A stretch of 59,867 nucleotides of DNA, the filler included. It is 5 parts of 5 records of this genome, joined end to end, with 100 filler letters (N's around TTAATTAATTAA, not from the genome) between each part and the next. Parts side by side here need not be neighbours in the genome. Positions count along the whole stretch, not along the records: positions 18,301 to 38,029 come from SRR31156797_8854; 4 more parts are not named here. The stretch is one strand, 5' to 3'. The stretch's first letter is position 1, and each line of letters begins with the position of its first letter. Of this stretch, positions 18,335 through 31,699 are shown in pieces. The notes below the pieces were generated by a model. That model was not told the DNA's origin, ran no database searches, and worked only from the letters and a program-made list of their open reading frames with translations. The translations under genes were made by a program, and so were the position numbers.

Positions 18335-19771
18335 TTAATTCTTTCCTGAAAAGACATGGAAAAAACCTTTCTTCTGGAACAACCGATCATCTAATCCCCA
18401 TGCTCTGATCCAATAATAATAAACTCCACTACCAACATCTTTACCTCTGTATTTGCCATTCCAGGCGTCATCAATTGTCCAATTGGAACCTGTATATTGA
18501 TAAACTCTTGATCCATATCTATTGTAAATAGTTACTTCAACTTTTCTAATAGACACTGTTTGAAAGGAAACAGAATCATCTTTTGGGGGGTCATATTCAT
18601 CAATATAGTCCCATGATTCAATATCTCTAAAGAAAAACTTCTTCTCCTTATCTCCTGAAATAACTACTGTTGGTAATTCTCCAACAAATGACTTATAAAT
18701 GGTTATAAAAAGTGGTTGAGTTACAGAATCCACACAGCTCTGCTCCTCTCCATTCTCAATAAAGATTGGACCTTCAGCTTTCAATTTTACATCATAATAA
18801 CCCGGATAGGTATATGTTACCGGATCAACTGGTTCAAAAAATGTAGAAGTCCTTAAAACTGTGTCAAAACCATTTTTCACCAGGTTAGAATCATTATAAA
18901 ATGTCCAGGTGTAAAATTCTGCATTTCTTGTTTCATTTTTGAAATATACATCATGCGGCCCTGAAAAAAACAAATCTTCTGGAGCTAATTCACTGCCATC
19001 TTCATTTGATGCAAAAAAATCTACCTGCACTGCAATGGCTTGATAAAATAATGTATCTGAACCTTTGTGCCCTAAACTATCCTCCACAAATACTGTAAAC
19101 ATATAATCATCATACTCAATAGGAGGTGTAGAAAAATATTGATTGGCCTGATTTACAGGGGTTGTATTTGAATCAAACTCCAATGAATCAAGTAATACAT
19201 AGGAAAAAACCTCTGGTTCATAATAATAGTCTTCCCAAATTTGTTTATAACCATTATCGATTCTTTCATTGTTTGAAACAGTATCAGGATTAAAATAGTT
19301 AAAATCTACCCCTCCACTAATTCCATATATGGCCAACTCATCACATGATTTCTCATAAAATGGTTCTACCTGAAGATTATTAAAATAGGCCCAAAATGTA
19401 ATTGTTGTATCATAAGCACTCATATCACTGGTTATTCTCACTTGATAACCACCGTCAAATATGGTACTGAATGTAAAGAAAGAAGTATTTGTTTGTTCTG
19501 TTATTAATGTTGAAATTATTGTGTCGTTTTCAACATCCCGATCTATGGCAAACCATTGTATTGTTCCTGTTTGTCCGAATGGCAAATAAGCCTCAAGGCT
19601 AAGTGTATCACTAAACCCATTAGGACCAGGACCAAAAATTACGAATATACTATCGTGACCAACCTCTCTTTCATATTTAGCAGGAATAACAGTATCAGCA
19701 TTATGAGATAATTGCCCATAACCACTTATCAAGAAATTAAGGCCTACTAATATTAAAATTATCTTCCGCAT
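18335..19771 (-). CDS. PKD-domain protein with gliding-motility / T9SS type B C-terminal domain
   Basis: PKD-like VYFKNET...YTWTF...YTYPGYYDVKLKA; CTD IYNRYGSRVY...WNG...SGVYYYWI...KGFFHV. Confidence 0.75.
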   Translation of the reverse strand: MRKIILILVGLNFLISGYGQLSHNADTVIPAKYEREVGHDSIFVIFGPGPNGFSDTLSLEAYLPFGQTGTIQWFAIDRDVENDTIISTLITEQTNTSFFTFSTIFDGGYQVRITSDMSAYDTTITFWAYFNNLQVEPFYEKSCDELAIYGISGGVDFNYFNPDTVSNNERIDNGYKQIWEDYYYEPEVFSYVLLDSLEFDSNTTPVNQANQYFSTPPIEYDDYMFTVFVEDSLGHKGSDTLFYQAIAVQVDFFASNEDGSELAPEDLFFSGPHDVYFKNETRNAEFYTWTFYNDSNLVKNGFDTVLRTSTFFEPVDPVTYTYPGYYDVKLKAEGPIFIENGEEQSCVDSVTQPLFITIYKSFVGELPTVVISGDKEKKFFFRDIESWDYIDEYDPPKDDSVSFQTVSIRKVEVTIYNRYGSRVYQYTGSNWTIDDAWNGKYRGKDVGSGVYYYWIRAWGLDDRLFQKKGFFHVFSGKN

Positions 19772-19856
19772 TTATATTTTTTTCAATCAATATGAAAACG
19801 AAAGGGTCAATAAAAAATTACATTGAGATGGTAACTCTTTACGAACCCTTTTGTAA

Positions 19857-21731
19857 TTATTTTCTTTTCTTCTGATTTTGCATTTGTTGTTGACGCTTAG
19901 CCATTTCTTCCATTCGCTGTTGGAATTTTGACTTTTTCACAGTTTTCTTTTTATTCTCATTTAATTGAGCTCTTAATGCATCATCATCTATCATTTTACG
20001 GAATATCCAGGTTTGAATAATTGTAATCATCAATGATACCAAGTAATAATAACTCAATGCCGATGCATAACTATTGAAGAAGAACAACATAAATAATGGC
20101 ATAATGTACATCATGGTTTTCATACCAGGCATACTTGCACTTTGCGGATTATTCTTATTGTTCATACTAATGTAAATAAAGTTTACAATAGTCATTAAGA
20201 GCACAAATAAACTTACATGATCGCCATACATAGGAATATTAAAGGGCAAATCAAGCACTGAATCATATGAACTCAAATCATCTGCCCAAAGGAAACTTTC
20301 CTGGCGCAATTCAATTGATGCCGGGAAGAAGCGGAATAAGGCAATCAAGAATGGTAATTGCAGTAGCATTGGCAAACAACCTCCCATTGGACTGGCACCT
20401 GCTTTTTTATAAAGCGCCATAGTTGCTTGTTGCTTTTTCATTGCATCTTCTTTCTTTGGAAATTTTTTACCTATTTCATCAACTTCAGGTTTTAACACCC
20501 TCATTTTAGCTGTTGATTTAAAGGAGCGATAAGTTAACGGGAATAGTCCTAGCTTAATAATAAATGTAAGAATCAAGATAATAACTCCAAAATTCGAGAT
20601 AAAACCTCCCAACCAATCAAATAATGGAATAGTGATATACATATTCACCCATCCAAATATTCCCCAACCAAGCGGGATCAATTCTTCAAATTCTTTCCCA
20701 TATGATTCCAGGCGACTAAATTTATTAGGTCCAAAATAGAAAGTAAACTCATAGTCTTTTTCTTTCTGTGCCATGTAAGGTAAGTAGGCTTTTGCCGATA
20801 CATCTTTCACGAATTTTTGATTCGTAACTGTTTGTGTTTTCAGGTCAATATCAACAAAAGGCTCCTTAGCTACCAAAATAGAGCTAAAGAACTGCTGTTT
20901 AAATGCAATCCATTCAACCCTGTCTTTTAATCTCTTTTGATCATCGCTTGTTTCTGATAAGTATTCAACATCATCACCAGCAAAACGATAATAGATTGAT
21001 GAGTTATTCATTTCCCAACTGTGACCCTTTTCGACACTTGGCATATAATAAGCCCAATCAAATGCTATATAATCGTTTTTAACTACATCGCCTAAATTAT
21101 GTAGATCAACTTTGAAGTCCATTAAATAATCATTCTTTTTAAGAATGTATTCAAACTCAACATATTTATCATCTCCTGCATTCATTCTTAAAACCAAATG
21201 ACTTGCACTGTCTGTTTCTTGTTGGTCAAACACAGTAAAGTACATATCTTGTGTCTTAACAGGTACTTTTGCTCCATTTGCAATCCAATTAAAACCAAAT
21301 AATGTAGAATCCCCAGTAAAGAGATTCAGCGGTAAAGAATCATAAGTTTGGTATTCTTTCAAACGAACAGTATATGGTCGACCTCCCAATGTATGGAACG
21401 TAATTTCCACCAACTCATTCTCAAGCACTATTTCTTGATTTTCACCTTGAGCTGCTGCGGCAAATGTTCCGAATTTATTTACCAGCTTCTTATTTAAACT
21501 ATCTGAAGGTAATTCTGTATCATTTTCAATTACAGCATCCGCTTTCATTTCAATGCTTCTCTGCAGGTCTTGCTCTTGCTGCTGTATTTGCTTTTGCTTT
21601 TCAACTTGCGCTATAGAATCTCTTTTACGATTCATAGCTTCTAATTCTTCTTGACTTGGGCTTGAAAAATAACTCCAACCAATCAATACTGCACCAATCA
21701 ATAGTATTCCGATAATCGAATTTCTGTCCAT
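19857..21731 (-). CDS. yidC: Membrane protein insertase YidC
   Basis: Likely start MDRNSIIG (ATG 21731); WIAFKQQFFSS, FYFGPN, PLGWGIFGW, SPMGGCLPMLLQLP, FLWADDLSSYD. Confidence 0.96.
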   Translation of the reverse strand: MDRNSIIGILLIGAVLIGWSYFSSPSQEELEAMNRKRDSIAQVEKQKQIQQQEQDLQRSIEMKADAVIENDTELPSDSLNKKLVNKFGTFAAAAQGENQEIVLENELVEITFHTLGGRPYTVRLKEYQTYDSLPLNLFTGDSTLFGFNWIANGAKVPVKTQDMYFTVFDQQETDSASHLVLRMNAGDDKYVEFEYILKKNDYLMDFKVDLHNLGDVVKNDYIAFDWAYYMPSVEKGHSWEMNNSSIYYRFAGDDVEYLSETSDDQKRLKDRVEWIAFKQQFFSSILVAKEPFVDIDLKTQTVTNQKFVKDVSAKAYLPYMAQKEKDYEFTFYFGPNKFSRLESYGKEFEELIPLGWGIFGWVNMYITIPLFDWLGGFISNFGVIILILTFIIKLGLFPLTYRSFKSTAKMRVLKPEVDEIGKKFPKKEDAMKKQQATMALYKKAGASPMGGCLPMLLQLPFLIALFRFFPASIELRQESFLWADDLSSYDSVLDLPFNIPMYGDHVSLFVLLMTIVNFIYISMNNKNNPQSASMPGMKTMMYIMPLFMLFFFNSYASALSYYYLVSLMITIIQTWIFRKMIDDDALRAQLNENKKKTVKKSKFQQRMEEMAKRQQQMQNQKKRK

Positions 21732-21747
21732 TTTATAGTTAGTTATG

Positions 21748-25694
<3,947 letters not shown>

Positions 25695-25803
25695 AAACGG
25701 GATTTAAAAAACCATACGTTTGATTTACAAATCATTAATGCAAATCAAACGTACAGGCTATAATTATTATTTAATGAAATGGAGTCTTTGAGCCGGGTAG
25801 CAC

Positions 25804-27849
25804 TTAGTTATCCATTTCGTCTAATATATCTAATTTTTTTCGCAATAAATCAATACGCTTTTTAGCTCTATCTATTTTACCTTTAATCTCATCAACAAGC
25901 GCATTTGAAGATTTTGAATTATCAAAAAATCCGATATTGTTTTCGTAAAGTGTAATTTCGTTTTCCAGATCTTTAATTTTATTGATAATTTTATTTCTTT
26001 CCGGCGAAATCTTCTTTTTCAAGCGCTCGTTATCCATCCAATTATCAATTTTATTTCTGAAATTCATAAGATTACGTTTCTCATCTTCGATTTTCATGCT
26101 ATCAAAGTGCTTATTAATAGCTTGACGGAAATCTTTTTGAATTTCATCTTTTTTATTGAATGGAACAAAGCCTATTTCTGACCAATCTTTCTGAAAATCA
26201 CTAAGCGCCTTAAGATCAGCCTCATCATCACCAGAAAGCTCAAACTGTTTTACTTTTTCAATTAGCTCTTCTTTCTTTTTAAGATTGTCCTCTTGTCTTT
26301 GATCCGCATTAGAGAAATACTCTTTTTTGGCATCGAAGAAGAAATCACATGCACTTCTAAATCTTTTCCAAATTGCTTCAGAGTGTCTTCTTGGAACTGG
26401 ACCAATTTGTTTCCAGGTTTGCTGCAATTTAATGAAATCAGCCGTAGTCTTTTTCCAATCGTTGCTGTCTTTCATGGCCTCAGCCTGAAGACACAACTCC
26501 GTCTTTTTATCTAAATTGTCCTGTTCTTCGGAATGCTTTGATGAGAAATAATCACGTTTTGCATCAAAAAAGGCATCACATGCTTTTTTGAATCGCTGGT
26601 ATATTTCACTATTAAATTTTTTAGGAGCAAAACCAATTGTTTTCCATAGCTTTTGGATTTCAATTATCTCCTTACTTTTCTCTTCCCACTTTTTAGGCTT
26701 TACAAGATTGAGTTTATTAATTTCTTCAACTCTCTTGCATAACTCCTCTTTTGATTCAAGATTAGTTTGTTGGTCTTTTTTCAGGTTCTCAAAAAATTCC
26801 TGATGACGTTTATTTACTTTTACCGTTGCTTCTTTAAATCTTTCCCAAACTTCCTCTTTTTTATCACGAGGCACCGGGCCTATTTCACGCCATTTTTGAT
26901 GATAATCCTGTAGAGTTTTGAAAGCTTTTACTACGCTATCTTCAAGTAACAATTGTTCAGCTTTCTGACAAAGTTCTAATTTTTGATCAAGATTTTTCCT
27001 TAAATCAAGATCACGAAGCTCTTTATTTATTTTTACAAAATCATAGAATTGCTCTACTGCAAAATGATATTTCTCCCATATTGTTTTCACTTCACTTTGC
27101 GAAACTTTTCCTATTTCTCTCCATCGATCCTGTAAGCTTCTGAACTCCTGGAAAGTTTGATTTAAAGATTCTTCTTTATTAATTAAATTTTTAATACCCT
27201 CAATTACTTCATAGCGGGCTGAAAGGTTATCTTTTTTGTTCTGTTCAACCTGATCAAGATAAGCAGAACGCTTATCCTTGTATAATTCCATGAAGTTATT
27301 AAATGCCTCATTCGTTGAATCTACATCAGGATTAAAATCTTTTTCTTCTCCACCATCAGCAAGAAATGCTTCTTTAGCCTTAGCAATATCTTTTTGATGT
27401 TTTTTGTAAAATTGACTTTTTATTGATTCTACTCTCTTCCTGATTTTTTGAACCTCAAATTCTGTAAGTAGACGTTCTAATTCAGCCACTAACTGATCTT
27501 TACTCAAAGCGCTGTAATCAGGCTCATCTTCGTATTCCTCTTCCTCATAGGGGCTTTGGGCAGGAGGTAAAAGATCATCTTGCTCGGAGAAATCTTCATT
27601 TTTAGTAGTTTCCTCAGCTTCAGATTTTTCATCTTTCTTCTCTACTACCTCTTCTTTCTTCTCTAAGACCTCTTCTTTTTTCTCTTCTTGCTCTTCTTCT
27701 TTGACTGGTTCAACTGATTTCTCTTCAGTCTTTTCTGTCAATTGCTCTTTTTCGACATTTTCATCAGTGCTTTGATCATTTGCATCTGATGCAGGAGAAT
27801 TACTATTCTCAGGCGTTTGCTGCTTGTCGTTGAATTCTTCAGTATTCAT
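25804..27849 (-). CDS. DUF349 repeat protein
   Basis: Repeated LQ..W..IG.VP.....W.RF units; acidic low-complexity N-terminus; ENNIGFF tail. Confidence 0.92.
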   Translation of the reverse strand: MNTEEFNDKQQTPENSNSPASDANDQSTDENVEKEQLTEKTEEKSVEPVKEEEQEEKKEEVLEKKEEVVEKKDEKSEAEETTKNEDFSEQDDLLPPAQSPYEEEEYEDEPDYSALSKDQLVAELERLLTEFEVQKIRKRVESIKSQFYKKHQKDIAKAKEAFLADGGEEKDFNPDVDSTNEAFNNFMELYKDKRSAYLDQVEQNKKDNLSARYEVIEGIKNLINKEESLNQTFQEFRSLQDRWREIGKVSQSEVKTIWEKYHFAVEQFYDFVKINKELRDLDLRKNLDQKLELCQKAEQLLLEDSVVKAFKTLQDYHQKWREIGPVPRDKKEEVWERFKEATVKVNKRHQEFFENLKKDQQTNLESKEELCKRVEEINKLNLVKPKKWEEKSKEIIEIQKLWKTIGFAPKKFNSEIYQRFKKACDAFFDAKRDYFSSKHSEEQDNLDKKTELCLQAEAMKDSNDWKKTTADFIKLQQTWKQIGPVPRRHSEAIWKRFRSACDFFFDAKKEYFSNADQRQEDNLKKKEELIEKVKQFELSGDDEADLKALSDFQKDWSEIGFVPFNKKDEIQKDFRQAINKHFDSMKIEDEKRNLMNFRNKIDNWMDNERLKKKISPERNKIINKIKDLENEITLYENNIGFFDNSKSSNALVDEIKGKIDRAKKRIDLLRKKLDILDEMDN

Positions 27850-28195
27850 ACTACGGCGGTATTTTCACGTTTTATATAAAACATATCCTTTAAACCCTAC
27901 GAAAATAGGTATTTCATTGAAAATCCTCAAAATATTCTTTACTGTTTTTGTTAATTTAGAAATTCTCTTAACCATTAACAAGTAATTTTCATCAATAATA
28001 TACCACAATTAACGTTAAAAAATAATCATAAAAGCCTGTTTTTCAGAACACAAAGCTCATTCCTTATCTTTATCCCAAAAAAAAAATCATCCAAATTAAA
28101 ATTATATCTGATAATCAGCTTTTTAATGCAACTTTCTTTTATAATTTACATCGAAATGATGTAATCTATGAATTTTCGTATTTTTGCATGAAAAA

Positions 28196-28879
28196 ATGCG
28201 AATTGATATATTAGCAGTTATACCTGAAATACTCGATGGGCCACTCAATAATTCCATCATTAAAAGAGCCCAACAAAATAAAACTGCAGAAATTTACATC
28301 CATAGCCTCAGAGAATATTCAGATGATGAGAAACACCACCGCATTGACGATTATTCATATAGTGCCGGGGCAGGTATGGTTTTAAAAATAGAACCCGTAT
28401 ACAAAGCCATTGAGCATCTTAAAAGTCAACGTAAATACGATGAAATCATATACACTTCACCTGATGGAGAGAAATTCCAACAAAGCACTGCTAATCAACT
28501 ATCTACATTACAGAATATTATCATTTTATGTGGCCATTACAAAGGAATAGATCAAAGAATTAGAGATCATCTAGTTACAAGAGAAATTTCTATTGGGGAT
28601 TATGTTTTAACCGGAGGAGAATTAGCTGCAGCAATAATGACAGATAGCATTATTAGATTATTGCCCGGAGGAATGGGAGATGAAACATCGGCATTAACTG
28701 ATTCTTTCCAAGATGGCCTTTTAGCTCCGCCGGTTTACACAAGACCAGCAGAGTTTAATGGATGGAAAGTTCCTGATGTTCTTTTATCTGGAAATGATGC
28801 AGCTATTGACGAATGGAAAATGAATCAGGCATATGAACGTACTAAAAAACTAAGACCCGATTTGCTTGACGAAAATTAA
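28196..28879 (+). CDS. trmD: tRNA (guanine-37-N1)-methyltransferase
   Basis: MRIDI start (ATG 28196), [50 protein letters not shown] promoter element at 28179-28186. Confidence 0.97.
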   Translation: MRIDILAVIPEILDGPLNNSIIKRAQQNKTAEIYIHSLREYSDDEKHHRIDDYSYSAGAGMVLKIEPVYKAIEHLKSQRKYDEIIYTSPDGEKFQQSTANQLSTLQNIIILCGHYKGIDQRIRDHLVTREISIGDYVLTGGELAAAIMTDSIIRLLPGGMGDETSALTDSFQDGLLAPPVYTRPAEFNGWKVPDVLLSGNDAAIDEWKMNQAYERTKKLRPDLLDEN

Positions 28880-28889
28880 ATCAGACATT

Positions 28890-30128
28890 ATGAGATTTAA
28901 ACTTGTTCTTTTCATATTTCTTATTTCAGGTCTAACTATTTTTAAAACCTATGCGCAAAATAAAAATTATGCGCATCAAATAATTGAACAACTCTCCTCA
29001 AAAGCCTTCTCAGGAAGAGGGTACATCAATAATGGAGACCTAAAAGCTGCCATGTATATTGCTTCTGAGTTTCAACAACACAAAACCCTACCCATCAATA
29101 AAAGCTTTATATTGCCATTTGACATATCGATTAATACATTTCCTGAACCCATAATCTTAGAGATTGACAACAAAAAACTTAAAGCTGGTAAAGATTTTTT
29201 CGTTGGAGGAGGGTCGCCTACTATTGATGGAGATTTTGAGATTGTATACATGGATACCAGTTTGCTTAAAAAATCCTTGAAAGATAACATTAGCTACCCA
29301 AACAAAGTGGTTGCCCTTCCTGCAAAAAATATGGGAAATGAGGAAACATATAAACTAAATGCAGCAGGATATATTTTCACTTCGGAAAATAAAATTTATT
29401 GGAGATTAAGTGATGCTACTGAGGTAAAACCTTATTTCTACTTTTACGCCATTGACTCACTCGTTAAAGATGGTAAAACTGCTTCAATTAGGATAAAAAA
29501 CGAGTTTCATAAAAATTATAAAACCAGTAATGTTGTAGCACAAATAAAAGGGAAAAAATATCCCGACTCAGTTTTTGTTTTCACCGCTCATTATGATCAT
29601 TTAGGAATGATGGGTGATGTAATTTTCCCAGGAGCTAATGACAATGCCAGCGGTACTGCCATGCTACTTGATATGGCAAGGCATTATTCTAAAGAAGAGA
29701 ACCAACCTGATCACTCATTAATATTTATGGCATTGGCTGCCGAAGAAAGTGGTTTATGGGGATCAAAAAATTTAGCTCAAAATCCTCCATTTCCATTAGA
29801 GCGAATTAAATTCCTAATTAACCTGGATATGGTTGGTAGTGGCAGTGAAGGACTCGGAATGGTTAATGCTAAAATGGAACCCAGAGCAGATAGTTTATTA
29901 AGAGCCATAAATGAGGATCACAATTTTTTCCCTGATTTAAGATCTGGAGGATCAAGGTGTAATAGCGATCATTGCCCATTTGCTCAAAAAGGAGTACCTG
30001 CAATTTTTATTTTCACTCGTGGTAAAGAATACATGAACTACCATACTCCGGATGATAATGGCCCGGTGCCTTTAACTAAATGGAACGAACTATTCCAAAT
30101 GCTTAATATTTTTATCAATACTTACTAA
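28890..30128 (+). CDS. M28 family peptidase
   Basis: AHYDHLG, GANDNASG, AEESGLWGS, NLDMVG, SDH.PF, YHTPDD; likely start ATG 28890. Confidence 0.92.
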   Translation: MRFKLVLFIFLISGLTIFKTYAQNKNYAHQIIEQLSSKAFSGRGYINNGDLKAAMYIASEFQQHKTLPINKSFILPFDISINTFPEPIILEIDNKKLKAGKDFFVGGGSPTIDGDFEIVYMDTSLLKKSLKDNISYPNKVVALPAKNMGNEETYKLNAAGYIFTSENKIYWRLSDATEVKPYFYFYAIDSLVKDGKTASIRIKNEFHKNYKTSNVVAQIKGKKYPDSVFVFTAHYDHLGMMGDVIFPGANDNASGTAMLLDMARHYSKEENQPDHSLIFMALAAEESGLWGSKNLAQNPPFPLERIKFLINLDMVGSGSEGLGMVNAKMEPRADSLLRAINEDHNFFPDLRSGGSRCNSDHCPFAQKGVPAIFIFTRGKEYMNYHTPDDNGPVPLTKWNELFQMLNIFINTY

Positions 30129-30754
30129 TGGATGATCAAAATTTAATAGAAAAGGCTGCTGAATATGTAGAATCAAAATTATCTGCTTCGGATGAAGGTG
30201 GTCATGACTGGCATCATACTAAAAGGGTTTGGAACGTTACAAAGTACCTGACAGAGGCTAATAATTGCAATAAAACAATAGCTGAACTTGGAGCACTTTT
30301 TCATGATATTGCTGATGCAAAGTTTCATAATGGTGATGAAACTGTTGGTGAAAAGATTACTCAAAATTGGCTTCAAAAAAATAAAGTGAATCTTGACATA
30401 GTGGAACGTGTAGTTTTTATCGTCAACCATGTTTCTTTCAGGAAAAAATATAAACCAAACCTTAAAAATGAACTTGAATTAGCCATTGTACAGGATGCTG
30501 ACAGACTTGACGCCATTGGAGCTATTGGTATTGCACGTGCCTTTAGCTTTGGAGGATATAAAAACCGACCTTTATATTCGACAACAAACCAAACAAATAG
30601 TACAATAGATCATTTTTATGATAAATTACTTCTACTCAGTTCACAAATGAATACCGAAGCAGCCCGAAAAATTGCAATAGAAAAACACAACTTTATGAAA
30701 GCATTCCTTGATCAGTTTAATAAAGAAACAAATTTGGAAAATCACTCACTTTAA
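30128..30754 (+). CDS. HD-domain phosphohydrolase (YedJ-like)
   Basis: GHDWHH.KRV, FHD, VQDADRLDAIGAIGIARAF, HFYDKLL; TAATG overlap with the upstream gene. Confidence 0.9.
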   Translation: MDDQNLIEKAAEYVESKLSASDEGGHDWHHTKRVWNVTKYLTEANNCNKTIAELGALFHDIADAKFHNGDETVGEKITQNWLQKNKVNLDIVERVVFIVNHVSFRKKYKPNLKNELELAIVQDADRLDAIGAIGIARAFSFGGYKNRPLYSTTNQTNSTIDHFYDKLLLLSSQMNTEAARKIAIEKHNFMKAFLDQFNKETNLENHSL

Positions 30755-30832
30755 CGAATGATTAAAGACACAATACTTTGATAAAAGAGAAAAGAGAAAT
30801 AAATTTGGAGTTGAAAGGATAAAATAAATTAA

Positions 30833-31699
30833 ATGCATTTTACTAAAATACAAGCTGCAAGATTATCAATTGTTTCAAACACATTGCTTATTGCTATTAA
30901 ATTTGTTGCAGGATTAATTACGGGTTCAGTTAGTATGATATCGGAAGCTATTCACTCAGTAATGGATCTTTTGGCAGCAATTATTGCATTTTTTGCTGTT
31001 AGGTTAAGTGACACCCCACCCGATAAACGTCATCCATACGGGCATGGAAAATTTGAAAATGTTTCAGGAGTTATTGAAGGTTTATTGATTTATGCCGCAG
31101 TTATATGGATTGTTTATGAAGCTATTGACAAATTGCAAAATCCGGGTGAAGTTAAATATGTAATGATTGCCTCAATTATTATGATAAGCTCGGCAGTTAT
31201 AAACTTCATTATTTCAAACATCCTTTATAAAACCGCAAAAGAAAATGATTCAGTGGCGCTGGAAGCAGATGCCTTACACTTAAGAACAGATGTTTATACC
31301 TCAGCCGGTGTTGGAATTGGGTTACTAATACTTTGGATAACGGACTTACACATTCTTGATTCGATTATTGCAATAGGTGTTGCATTATTCATACTTTTTG
31401 AAGCTAGCAAGCTCATTAACAAAGCTTTTTCTCCACTTGTGGATTCAAGTTTAGATGAAAAAGATATTTCTACGATTAACGAAATAATGAAAACCCAAAA
31501 TATTCCCATTTATCATTTGAAAACAAGAAAAGCTGGACAATTTAAGTTTACTGAATTCAATATAGAGCTGTCGGGAGATATGAGTTTATCAAAAGCGCAT
31601 GACGTTTGCACAAAACTGGAAGAAAGTATTAAAAAAGAGATTAACCATATTGAAATTACAATTCATCCTGAACCTCTTGGAACTAATAAAAAGGAATAG
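30833..31699 (+). CDS. Cation diffusion facilitator transporter
   Basis: EAIHSVMD, PPDKRHPYGHGKFE, ADALHLRTD, C-terminal ITIHPEP. Confidence 0.93.
   Translation: MHFTKIQAARLSIVSNTLLIAIKFVAGLITGSVSMISEAIHSVMDLLAAIIAFFAVRLSDTPPDKRHPYGHGKFENVSGVIEGLLIYAAVIWIVYEAIDKLQNPGEVKYVMIASIIMISSAVINFIISNILYKTAKENDSVALEADALHLRTDVYTSAGVGIGLLILWITDLHILDSIIAIGVALFILFEASKLINKAFSPLVDSSLDEKDISTINEIMKTQNIPIYHLKTRKAGQFKFTEFNIELSGDMSLSKAHDVCTKLEESIKKEINHIEITIHPEPLGTNKKE

Noticed and set aside
27630-27700. EKKEEV repeats in the DUF349 N-terminus
   Set aside because: Ordinary low-complexity disordered region.
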